A DNA stretch of 34,020 nt from contig JAXMOL010000070.1 of assembly GCA_034669905.1 (NCBI GenBank), positions 1-34,020 of the forward strand, in the 5' to 3' direction. The notes beneath the pieces are model-generated. The model saw only the letters and a program-made list of their open reading frames with translations, searched no databases and was not told where the DNA came from. Below are positions 25,778 to 34,020 of the stretch, one piece after another; the first letter of the stretch is position 1; each line of letters begins with the position of its first letter. Made by a program: the position numbers and the translations under genes. The stretch comes from Candidatus Hydrogenedentota bacterium. GTDB taxonomy: Bacteria > Hydrogenedentota > Hydrogenedentia > Hydrogenedentales > JAEUWI01.

Positions 25778-26446
25778 ATGAAGTTGTTACGACACACGTT
25801 GCTTGCTGCCACCCTGATGGTCGGCGGGGCAGCTGTTGCCACGCCTACGGTCTCCGGTGATTATCTTGAGCTACGCACCTGTGACGTTATGGTGGGACAG
25901 TGCTTTGCCAATGGCGATATTGGTTTGCGTGGAAAAGAGGCTGTATTGGTCTGGTCCGTCAACGAAGGGAGCTTCGACGGTGTCGCACTGGACGGGCTGC
26001 ATGTCATGGCCCTGGTCCGCGCCCAGGATACCCTCGGTGATCTGAAGTACAACGCCGCGAAATCGCCCGAGAGCGTTATTGTGACCGATGAGAAAGCGAC
26101 CGACGCGCAGCGTGGGGCCCTTATTGCTATGGCGAAAAATCTCGGGGGCGCCTTGCTCTCCGATGTGGTGGCCACAAAATCCCGTGCGATGAACATTGAC
26201 TTCAGCACGCGTGACGACGGCGTCGCCACCGCCCGTGTCGGCGATGTCTTCGAAGTCTCCGCCCGCCCCTTCTTTAAAGATGACGGATGCTGTGGTCATG
26301 AAAGTCCTTACTATCCTCCCCTGACCACAATCCAGGACGCGGAACCGGCCGTCGCTGAGTTGGCGGAAATTACGGACGACACGTTGAAGTGCACGTGGCA
26401 GTCGGTGGATTCGCCGAATATGTTTCTGGGAAAATTTCAGGGGTAA
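25778..26446 (+). CDS. Secreted DUF1326-like putative metal-binding protein
   Basis: AAGGAG RBS, signal peptide, GDYLE.RTCDV..GQCFAN, W.V..G.FDGV.LDGL, DE.A...QR.AL and CGHE..YYPPL. Confidence 0.7.
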   Translation: MKLLRHTLLAATLMVGGAAVATPTVSGDYLELRTCDVMVGQCFANGDIGLRGKEAVLVWSVNEGSFDGVALDGLHVMALVRAQDTLGDLKYNAAKSPESVIVTDEKATDAQRGALIAMAKNLGGALLSDVVATKSRAMNIDFSTRDDGVATARVGDVFEVSARPFFKDDGCCGHESPYYPPLTTIQDAEPAVAELAEITDDTLKCTWQSVDSPNMFLGKFQG

Positions 26447-26467
26447 CGGAACGGCCTACTTGTTCTG

Positions 26468-26507
26468 GCGGGATGTTACACAAGATGCGTAACGTCCCGC
26501 TTTTTTT
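26468..26507 (+). terminator. Intrinsic terminator
   Basis: GCGGGATGTTAC...GTAACGTCCCGC followed by T7. Confidence 0.8.
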
Positions 26508-26545
26508 AATGCCTGCGGGCCGCATGAACGGGATAGACTCAGCCC

Positions 26546-27637
26546 ATGGAAGTTTATCAACACGCCATCACCCACATTGACAACGCCCACCCGGCGGCCT
26601 TAGGGGTTGTGCTCCATACCCGGGGCTCTACCCCCCAGAAAGCCGGTGCCAAAGCCCTGTTCAAACAGGGTGGTCAGGTCATTGGCACACTTGGCGGAGG
26701 TTGTCTGGAGGCAGAGGCGCAGCATCGCGCGCTTCTGGCGCTGGATGAAGACCTCGCACGTTCTTTTACGGTTAATCTGGATGAGGTAGACGGCTGGGAT
26801 GATGGGCTGGTCTGCGGCGGCCGTGCGACCATTCTCACCGCTCCCCTGCGGCCGGGCAATCGGAGTGCTTATGCCGCGGCGGTAGCGGCGTGGGAGTCCG
26901 GCAGTCGGGGCGCTTTGCTTACGGTCGTGGCTCACCCGGGCTATCCTGCTGGAACGGCCATCTGGCTTCCTGAGGGCGCGGTTCCGCCTGCGGGACTATC
27001 CCTGGCCGACCTGTCCGAGGCGGAGCGACGGGAAAAGGCCTTGTTGGTGCCGGCCTTACCCGATGTAGATGCGGCCGAGGTCGCCTTCTTTGTCGAACCC
27101 GTGTCCCCTCCCCCCCGTCTTGTGATTGTGGGCGCGGGCCATATTGGTAAGGCCCTGACCCATTTTGCTTCCCGCGTCGGGTTTGCCGTGACCGTGCTGG
27201 ATGACCGCCCTGCCTTTGCCAATGCGGATAATCTACCCGATGCGACGTGCGTTGTGTGTGGCGCTATTGAAGAGGAATTGTCGGTTTTTTCATTTGCTCC
27301 CCGGGATTTCGTTGTTATCGTGACCCGTGGTCACCGTCATGACAGTGTGGCGCTCGCGGCGTGTATTCCCCATGAACTGGCCTATCTGGGGCTTATCGGA
27401 AGTAAGCGCAAGGGGATTCTGTTGCGTGAGCGTTTGCTGACGGAGGGGCGGGCTACCGAATCGCAGGTCGCCCGGGTAGTGACGCCCATGGGCCTGGATT
27501 TGGGGGGCGCCACCGTGGAGGAAATCGCCTTGAGCATCGCGGCCCAGCTGGTTGCCGTACGGCGCCACGGGAGACTGGACGCACCGCCCTTGAAACATGA
27601 TCACATGGTGCCCTTTGCACGGGTAGACACACCATGA
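26546..27637 (+). CDS. xdhC: XdhC/CoxF-family Moco chaperone
   Basis: GSTPQKAGAK, GTLGGGCLE, GLVCGG, GAGHIG, DDR..FAN, VTRGH.HD, YLGLIGSKRK and P.GLDLG..T.EEIALSI.AQ. Confidence 0.9.
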   Translation: MEVYQHAITHIDNAHPAALGVVLHTRGSTPQKAGAKALFKQGGQVIGTLGGGCLEAEAQHRALLALDEDLARSFTVNLDEVDGWDDGLVCGGRATILTAPLRPGNRSAYAAAVAAWESGSRGALLTVVAHPGYPAGTAIWLPEGAVPPAGLSLADLSEAERREKALLVPALPDVDAAEVAFFVEPVSPPPRLVIVGAGHIGKALTHFASRVGFAVTVLDDRPAFANADNLPDATCVVCGAIEEELSVFSFAPRDFVVIVTRGHRHDSVALAACIPHELAYLGLIGSKRKGILLRERLLTEGRATESQVARVVTPMGLDLGGATVEEIALSIAAQLVAVRRHGRLDAPPLKHDHMVPFARVDTP

Positions 27638-28242
27638 TTTCGGCCATCGTGCTGGCGGCGGGCGAATCACGGCGCATGGGGCGTCAAAAGGTGCTCCTGC
27701 CCTTTGGAGATTCCACCGTGCTGGAGGAAATTGTGACGGCCATCGAGCAGAGTAAGGTCGGTAGGGGCGTTGTCGTGACGGGCCACCAACCCGAAGCGGT
27801 TGCGAGTCTGCTGGTCGGGCGCCGCCTTGATGCGATCCACAATACAGCATATGCGCAGGGTATGTTGGGTTCTATTCGTGCGGGCATGCGGGCACTGCCA
27901 GACGATACACGGGGCGTGATGCTCTTCCTCGGCGATCAGCCCCAGGTGAGCGTGCCCCTGATCGACCATCTTTGTGGCACCTTCCAGCCCGGGTGTGGTC
28001 AGTTGTGTGTGCCGACCTATAATGGCCGTCGCGGGCATCCCCTCCTCTTCGACCGAAGCTATGAAGACGAAATTCTGAATGACTTCGATGAGGTGGGGCT
28101 GCGCGGTTTGCTTCAGCGCCATGAGGCAAAGGTCTGTCCCATTCCGTGGGACGATGAGACGGTATTGACTGACCTGGACACACCAGAAGACTATGTGCGC
28201 GCATTGCGGACTTGTCCCCCACGGTCTTCCGCGCGCGACTAG
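27634..28242 (+). CDS. mocA: Molybdenum cofactor cytidylyltransferase
   Basis: IVLAAGESRRMG..K.LL, GML.SI..G, LGDQP, G.RGHPLLF and DLDTPEDY; next to xdhC. Confidence 0.88.
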   Translation: MISAIVLAAGESRRMGRQKVLLPFGDSTVLEEIVTAIEQSKVGRGVVVTGHQPEAVASLLVGRRLDAIHNTAYAQGMLGSIRAGMRALPDDTRGVMLFLGDQPQVSVPLIDHLCGTFQPGCGQLCVPTYNGRRGHPLLFDRSYEDEILNDFDEVGLRGLLQRHEAKVCPIPWDDETVLTDLDTPEDYVRALRTCPPRSSARD

Positions 28243-28895
28243 CTTGAGGGGGGGGGGGCTTCTTCGGAAGGCGTGGCATTCCCCTCACCTTCCGCAGGAG
28301 ATTTGGCTTCCTGCTTCGCGACAAAGGCTTCCAACACGCCACTGCGGGTCCGATGGCCTACCAACTGGCCCGATACGCCATCGACGATCTTAATGTCGAT
28401 GACACCTTTCTTGCGCCGGTAGTAGTAGATCCAGAGGGGATACAGAATGGCTTCGCGGGCCACGATCTGATCGGGAATCGGCTTTCCCCCGCTGCGGCTG
28501 CGCTGGCGCATGATCGTGTGCAGCAGGTTTTCCCGGGCCGTCACTTCGCAGGCGTCTATCGTCAACTTGGGGGAAAACTCTTCTCCGGAGGGAGGCGCCC
28601 CGGTGGTCAGGAACTCGTCCAGTTGGAAAATGGCGAAGGCCCCGGACCACGCTTCGACGGTCACAACGATCGTGCCTGGTCCCTTCCGGGAATTGACCCC
28701 GATGGTGTACAGGTAGTAGGGAAACCAGATGCGCTCAACATAGGGAAAAACGCGTCCCCCCGGTTTGTCCGGAGAGACGCGTTGATCGTAGAACTTTCCC
28801 CGCAGCTTCCGAAAGGCCATCCGCCACCCTTTTTCACAAATAGGGGCAACCGAGGTTTCGGGAACGCGACAGGCCACGTGACGAGGTTCAGACAT
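28239..28895 (-). CDS. Hypothetical protein
   Basis: 218 aa, protein-like composition, GAGG RBS, co-oriented with the upstream transporter genes. No motif recognised. Confidence 0.65.
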   Translation of the reverse strand: MSEPRHVACRVPETSVAPICEKGWRMAFRKLRGKFYDQRVSPDKPGGRVFPYVERIWFPYYLYTIGVNSRKGPGTIVVTVEAWSGAFAIFQLDEFLTTGAPPSGEEFSPKLTIDACEVTARENLLHTIMRQRSRSGGKPIPDQIVAREAILYPLWIYYYRRKKGVIDIKIVDGVSGQLVGHRTRSGVLEAFVAKQEAKSPAEGEGNATPSEEAPPPSS

Positions 28896-28930
28896 GGTGA
28901 GAGAAAACCTCTTCCGTTGGCCGGGGGTTG

Positions 28931-29155
28931 TTAATTCAGTCGGCGCAGCGTGTGTTGCCCTTTAAGCCAGAATCCGATACCGAATCCCAACAGGACAAAT
29001 CCGCTGAGGAGACAAACGGCACCGTGCACAAAGCTGTCGGCCCAGAAGGTCCCGATAATTACCGGAACCGCCAGAATGCCCATGAACAAGCCGAGCACTT
29101 TCTGCGTCTCGCCGTCCCGCTGTGTATGAAGGTGTTCATCGTGTTCTTCACTCAT
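28931..29155 (-). CDS. Small membrane protein (2 TM)
   Basis: 74 aa, two hydrophobic segments, AAGGA RBS. Confidence 0.65.
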   Translation of the reverse strand: MSEEHDEHLHTQRDGETQKVLGLFMGILAVPVIIGTFWADSFVHGAVCLLSGFVLLGFGIGFWLKGQHTLRRLN

Positions 29156-29201
29156 ACCTGATTCCTTGTATCACAACCGATGCGGTTGGGGCTTGTGTAC
29201 C

Positions 29202-29471
29202 CTAGCTGGCCCAGACCCAATAGATAAACATGTGGGGCAGCATGGAGATCAATGTCCAGAGACGGAGGTCATAGAGGATGCCTTCTTTGGGGCGGTCCAG
29301 ATTGACGTATTCCTTCTTCAGGATGAACATGACCCAGCAGATGGTGACGGCAAAGAGGCCCACGGCGAAGAACTTATAGGTTGCCGGACCAAAGGGCGCC
29401 AGAACGCGATCAATGGGGTGAAAGATGGCACTCAAGGGGCCACTGAAGGTGCTGCTTATCCATTCTCTCAT
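29202..29471 (-). CDS. Small membrane protein (2 TM)
   Basis: 89 aa; its start overlaps the symporter stop (ATGA); two hydrophobic segments. Confidence 0.7.
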   Translation of the reverse strand: MREWISSTFSGPLSAIFHPIDRVLAPFGPATYKFFAVGLFAVTICWVMFILKKEYVNLDRPKEGILYDLRLWTLISMLPHMFIYWVWAS

Positions 29472-31045
29472 TCTTCAGACCTTTCTTGAAGTACACGCTG
29501 CATCTTGCCGTCCTGCATGACCTGACCAAAGACCAGTCCACGAAGCTTTTCTTCAGGCTCGGCCGGAGTCAGATAGCTGACGATGACGGTGACCGCCAGG
29601 GAGAACACGAAGGACCACCAGGCGATGAAGAGGAACGGGGCTTCGGAGACGAATACGCCGTCTACCCGATCCAGGATCGTGGTGAAGCATACGCCGAGAA
29701 TCAATCCGGCCATGGCGCCCCACTGGTTCGCACGCTTCCAGAGGATACCGAGCAGAAGAATGGCGAACACGGGACCCTGGAAGGTCGACATGGCACCTTG
29801 GACAAAGTTATACATGCCCTTCTGCCCCTCCAGTTCCTTCGCAAATACGGCGGCGATGGTGATGAAGAGCACGGTACAAATCCTACCTAGCAGGAGGATA
29901 GTGTGTTCTTTGGGCTTCTTCTTCTTGATGAGTTCGTAGGTCCGGCCATACAAGTCCGTCGTCCAGATAGTCGTCGCCGAGTTCAGCGTGGAGTCCACAC
30001 TGGACATAAGGGCGGCGAAGAGGGCGGCGAACATCAGGCCCTTGAGCCCGGGCGGTAGAATCTCGCGAATCATGGCGGGGACCGCCTGATCGCCGTTTTC
30101 CATGGGGGGCAGCACCGCGATAGCGGCGAGACCCGGCACGATGACCAGCGCGGGGATAAAGACCTTCAGGAAACCAGCGAAGAGCATACCGCCCTTGGCG
30201 TCCCATTCGGTCCGGGCACCCAGCGTACGCTGCACGACCGCCTGGTTACCGGCCATGTAGCCGGTGGCCATTACGATACCGAGACCAAATACGATACCGG
30301 TCCAGGGATACGGCGTGGGCGAATCGTGGGGCAAGAGCAGTTTGAAGTGATCCTGCATCCCCTCTTTCGCAAGGATGGTCTCCTTCATGGCGCTCCAGCC
30401 ACCGGCCTCGTAGAGGCTCAGGAAGAGCAGGGCACCACCACCGACGAACATGACTACCAGCTGCACCACGTCGGTCATCACCACGGCGGAAAGACCACCG
30501 AAATAGGTGTAGATACCGGCGCAGATAGCGATGCCATAGACGTAGGTCTGGGGCGGCACATCATACGGGAGGATGGTGGTCAGCATAACGGCGGTAAGCC
30601 AGAGCATGACGGCCAACATCAGGAGCAGAAACAGGCCCCAAATGGCGGCGTGAATCAGCTGCACCACGGCGTTATACCGTTTCCCCAGGAATTCCGGGAT
30701 GGTAAACACGCCGGCGCGCCAATAGTAGGGAATGAAAATGAAGGCGGCAAAGGCCATGGCCGGCATAGAGCCGATCCAGTCGAAGTTGGCCGCTGCAATA
30801 CCATAGGTATAGCCTGCACCGGAGGTCGCGATGAAATCGGTGGCACCGATATCACTCACCACGACCGACATGCCGATGGCCCAGAAGGGCAAGGCCTTAC
30901 CGGCCACAAAGAAGTCTCCGGCAGACTTTACGTACTTGCCGAAGTAGGTGCCGAGCGCCAGGGTTCCCAACATATAGATACCGATGATGGCGATATCAAT
31001 TGCGTGGAGCCCGCTTCCGGCCGTTTGGATAAGTTGATCTTCCAT
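29468..31045 (-). CDS. Sodium:solute symporter (SSS/SLC5) family transporter
   Basis: DFFVAGK.LP.WAIGMS, TIPEFL.KRY, YT..GGL.AVV.TD.VQ, NQ..VQR.L.A and AALMSS.DS.LNS. Confidence 0.93.
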   Translation of the reverse strand: MEDQLIQTAGSGLHAIDIAIIGIYMLGTLALGTYFGKYVKSAGDFFVAGKALPFWAIGMSVVVSDIGATDFIATSGAGYTYGIAAANFDWIGSMPAMAFAAFIFIPYYWRAGVFTIPEFLGKRYNAVVQLIHAAIWGLFLLLMLAVMLWLTAVMLTTILPYDVPPQTYVYGIAICAGIYTYFGGLSAVVMTDVVQLVVMFVGGGALLFLSLYEAGGWSAMKETILAKEGMQDHFKLLLPHDSPTPYPWTGIVFGLGIVMATGYMAGNQAVVQRTLGARTEWDAKGGMLFAGFLKVFIPALVIVPGLAAIAVLPPMENGDQAVPAMIREILPPGLKGLMFAALFAALMSSVDSTLNSATTIWTTDLYGRTYELIKKKKPKEHTILLLGRICTVLFITIAAVFAKELEGQKGMYNFVQGAMSTFQGPVFAILLLGILWKRANQWGAMAGLILGVCFTTILDRVDGVFVSEAPFLFIAWWSFVFSLAVTVIVSYLTPAEPEEKLRGLVFGQVMQDGKMQRVLQERSEE

Positions 31046-31257
31046 ACACCAAGTTCCCGGTTGATGATGCCATTTGGAGGGATTACGCCAATCCCATAGG
31101 GACCGCCACTATGCCATATTGTGTTAGGAAATCGCAAGCAAGGTCTCGAATAACCATTAAAGCTGGTGGGACGCCATGGCCACTCCGAAAAGGAGACCGA
31201 ATATCGGGCGCGTTGCGGAGGAATGATTCTAAAATAGTAAAGGTGGGAAAGGACACC

Positions 31258-31285
31258 GGCACAGGAACCGGGGGGCTCCTGTGCC
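31258..31285 (-). terminator. GC-rich hairpin after the DinB pair (possible terminator)
   Basis: Minus strand GGCACAGGAGCC-CCCC-GGTTCCTGTGCC, but no clear U tract. Confidence 0.35.
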
Positions 31286-31315
31286 AAGGTAGACGGCTGG
31301 GCTACTAATGAAAGG

Positions 31316-31819
31316 TCAATCCAATTTGGCTATCATGCCGATTTGACCGCGATGGTAGGAATCATGCTGAATCATAATAGATAGGGTGGTGCCAATGCTG
31401 GAAAAGAATCCCCGCATCTCTTCCGCCAGATTGCCCGGCAACGGCTCTTTGAGGACGCTGTCCTCCAGGTTGCGGATGCCGGCCAATGCCTTTTCAAATA
31501 CCTCGTTGTAAAGGGCGATGGTCTCGTCCCAGCTGGGATACTCGTCGGGATTGGTCGTTGGGGTCTTCCCCCCCACGAAGTCGGGCGCGAAGAGGATGGA
31601 CTGTTCGCGGGTCAAGACCGACGGCTGCTCGAGGGTGTAGACCAACACAAGTGTATTCACCGTGTTGGCCAGATGGCCGACAAGCCACAGGGGCGTTGCC
31701 TTGCCTTCTTGCAGTTGCTTGAGGCGGTGGGATTCGGGGACGCTCTCGGCGATTTGCAGGGTGTGTTGCTGGGCACCTTCCAGCAGGTCGGCAAGTAAAG
31801 TAACACGAACATTACTCAT
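31316..31819 (-). CDS. DinB/YfiT-family protein
   Basis: WLVGHLA and HDSYHRGQI His triad; paralog of the adjacent gene. Confidence 0.85.
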   Translation of the reverse strand: MSNVRVTLLADLLEGAQQHTLQIAESVPESHRLKQLQEGKATPLWLVGHLANTVNTLVLVYTLEQPSVLTREQSILFAPDFVGGKTPTTNPDEYPSWDETIALYNEVFEKALAGIRNLEDSVLKEPLPGNLAEEMRGFFSSIGTTLSIMIQHDSYHRGQIGMIAKLD

Positions 31820-31843
31820 GGGGATTCTCCGTGGTTGAAGCGG

Positions 31844-32347
31844 TTAGTCAAGTTTGGCCAGGAGGCCCATCTGGCCCCGGTGGTACGCATCGTGATTGCC
31901 CAGGAGGCGCAGGATGGACAGGATCGTCGGAAATCGCTCCCGATAGGCGTCGGGCATATCTCCAGGCAGGGGCTTGTCCAGGTCATCGTCGGATAGTTGC
32001 TTGAGCCCGTCAATGGCGCGATCCGTACAGGTTACATAGTTTGCAAGGAGCATGTCCCAATCGGGGTAGTCGTCGGGATTGGTGGTGGGTGCGACACCGC
32101 CGGCGTGCTCCGGGGCGAAGAGTTGGCCCACCTCGGGCTGAAAAACGGGCGCCTCTTGAAGGGTCCATTCGAGAATGAGGCGGTCCACCGTGCGGGCGAG
32201 GTGTCCCAGCAACCACGTGGGAGTTGCCTTGCCGGGGGCCAATTGCTTAAATCGGTGGGATTCGGGCATCGAACCCACCATTTTCACGGTCTCATCGCGG
32301 CTGGCTTTGAAGAGGGCGACGAGGAGTCTGATACGTGTTTGTTCCAT
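31844..32347 (-). CDS. DinB/YfiT-family protein
   Basis: WLLGHLA and HDAYHRGQM His triad. Confidence 0.85.
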   Translation of the reverse strand: MEQTRIRLLVALFKASRDETVKMVGSMPESHRFKQLAPGKATPTWLLGHLARTVDRLILEWTLQEAPVFQPEVGQLFAPEHAGGVAPTTNPDDYPDWDMLLANYVTCTDRAIDGLKQLSDDDLDKPLPGDMPDAYRERFPTILSILRLLGNHDAYHRGQMGLLAKLD

Positions 32348-32501
32348 GGAGTTATCCTTCTATCGGCGTCAGTCTGATACCCGCTTTTCGGGTGTAATAC
32401 CTACAATTGGGCACAGTAATTCCGAGGGGTGGTCGTGTGTCGGATGGTATGGTATGCTGCCTTTTTTCCACTCACACCGTCGTACCCAGGAGCCATAGCC
32501 C

Positions 32502-33908
32502 ATGATGATACCAGATTCTATGCACATTTCTCGCCCGATGATTCTGACTGCATTGCTCCTTCTTCCCGCTGCTGCGACGTGGTCGGAAAGTTGGAAGGCC
32601 GGGGTCGCGACCATTTCCATTACGCCGGAAGTGCCTATCCCGCTGGTGGGTTATGGGGGGCGCGACAAGCCCTTTGAGGCCGTGGACATTGATATATATG
32701 CCAAGGCCCTGGCCCTCGAAGATTCCAGCGGCAACCGGGGGGTTATCGTGACCACCGACCTCGTGGGTGTTCAGGCGGTCTTTTTTGATGAAGCCTGTCG
32801 ACGTATCACAGAAGAAACGGGACTTAGCCGTGGGCAGATTCTGCTGAATGCTTCCCACAACCACACGGGGCCCCTGCTGAGTCTGAATCCCGATCCCGAG
32901 GGCAACCTCGCTTATGCGGCCTTTCGTGACAAGGAAGCGGAAGAAAACGTGGTGGCCTACACCCGCCAGTTGCAGGATAAGACGGTGCAGGTCGTCAAGG
33001 ATGCGCTCGCGGCCCTCTCCCCCGCTACCCTGGCCTGGGGGGCGGACCGGGTGGAGTTTGTCATGAACCGACGCTCTGAGCCAGAAGACGGCGTGATTTG
33101 GATGCGTCCCAATCCCAACGGGCAAACCGATAAGCGGGTCCCCGTGTTGCGCGTCTCGGCCCCCGATGGCGCCGTCCGCGCGGTGATGATGGGGTGCGCG
33201 TGCCACAACACGGGCCTGACCGCCGATCACAATATCATTACGGGCGACTATGCGGGCTATGCTCAGGAATACCTGGAGGAGAAATTGCCCGGGGCTTCCG
33301 TGTTGTTTATGAGCGGCTGTGGTGCCGATGCCAATCCCGAACCCCGCACCGATGTGCCCGGGGTGCGGAAGCTGGGCCGCGATCTGGGTGACGCGGTCTT
33401 ACGGGCCCTGGCGGCCGAACTGCGACCTGTTGATGGTCCCCTGACCTGCACCTTCGAGATGATAGATCTGCCCCACATGAAACTAGACAAAGAAGGGCTG
33501 GCCCCCTACGCCGCGCGGCGCACCACCGAAAGCCTCATGGCGAAGCACATGATTGCGGTGCTGGAGCAGGGAAAGACCTTGCCGACTCATTACCGTGCGC
33601 CCCTCGCCGTCTGGGGACTGGGAGACGATCTGACGTTGGTGGGTCTCCCCAGCGAAGTGGTGGCGGACTACGCATTGCAGTTATATGCGGCCCGGCCTGA
33701 ATCGCCCCTGTGGGTGGCGGCTTATTGCAATGATTTCTTCGGCTACATTCCCAATGCCCGCATCGTGCGCGAGGGCGGCCACGAGTTTATTGGCGTCACG
33801 ACCTATCTCTGGGGTAAAGACCTCACGACCCGGGTGGGCTTCTTCTCAGAAGATGTGGAGCGGGTGTTAATGGACGCCACGTTGCGGCTGGTCGACAGCG
33901 TGGAATAG
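32502..33908 (+). CDS. Secreted neutral/alkaline ceramidase N-terminal-domain-like hydrolase
   Basis: Signal peptide, WKAGVA...ITP..P..L.GY..R, AKALALED, NASHNHTGP, ACHNT, GDYAGYAQ, GCGADANP and YCND.FGYIP; AGGAG RBS. Confidence 0.82.
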   Translation: MMIPDSMHISRPMILTALLLLPAAATWSESWKAGVATISITPEVPIPLVGYGGRDKPFEAVDIDIYAKALALEDSSGNRGVIVTTDLVGVQAVFFDEACRRITEETGLSRGQILLNASHNHTGPLLSLNPDPEGNLAYAAFRDKEAEENVVAYTRQLQDKTVQVVKDALAALSPATLAWGADRVEFVMNRRSEPEDGVIWMRPNPNGQTDKRVPVLRVSAPDGAVRAVMMGCACHNTGLTADHNIITGDYAGYAQEYLEEKLPGASVLFMSGCGADANPEPRTDVPGVRKLGRDLGDAVLRALAAELRPVDGPLTCTFEMIDLPHMKLDKEGLAPYAARRTTESLMAKHMIAVLEQGKTLPTHYRAPLAVWGLGDDLTLVGLPSEVVADYALQLYAARPESPLWVAAYCNDFFGYIPNARIVREGGHEFIGVTTYLWGKDLTTRVGFFSEDVERVLMDATLRLVDSVE

Positions 33909-34020
33909 GTATCTGTTGAGAGGGGGACGGCCCCGACTGTCTTAAGTTCCGCCCCTGTTCGCCGCTAACTGTTCCGCCAAGACGGGGTCCATTCTTCGGC
34001 CAATACATGACGTCGGTGCA

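Noticed and set aside
28248..28258. G11 homopolymer as a phase-variation tract
   Set aside because: It is in the last codons of the ORF, so slippage would change only the extreme C-terminus.

Overview
GC-rich bacterial chromosomal window. Positions 1-3093 are the right end of a small integrative element (phage-satellite-like). On the minus strand it carries a tyrosine integrase, an AlpA/Xis-type HTH and a Prim-Pol primase that the ORF track missed. It ends at a displaced 3' half of tRNA-Leu(CAA). Inside it are four ACACA-N6-TGTGT operator-like palindromes and a predicted ~65-nt antisense RNA over the primase 5' end. After four ordinary genes comes a gene-poor stretch (7.4-11.4 kb) containing tRNA-Gly(CCC), three dif-like XerCD sites, a retron and a REP-rich 249-bp direct repeat. 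The retron is the most striking element. It has a near-consensus promoter, a compact 110-nt msr-msd RNA with a very short predicted msd, a terminator-like hairpin between the ncRNA and the RT gene, a 296-aa NAxxH/YADD/VTG reverse transcriptase and no visible effector gene. The rest is housekeeping and metabolism: yigE-like/radA/disA/pyrK/pyrD, lysA, a transglutaminase-like gene, a PhyH dioxygenase, a Tat-exported Mo-hydroxylase cluster with two unexplained Cys-rich partners, an SSS transporter, tandem DinB genes and two ceramidase-like secreted hydrolases. All calls were made by eye from motifs, with no database searches.
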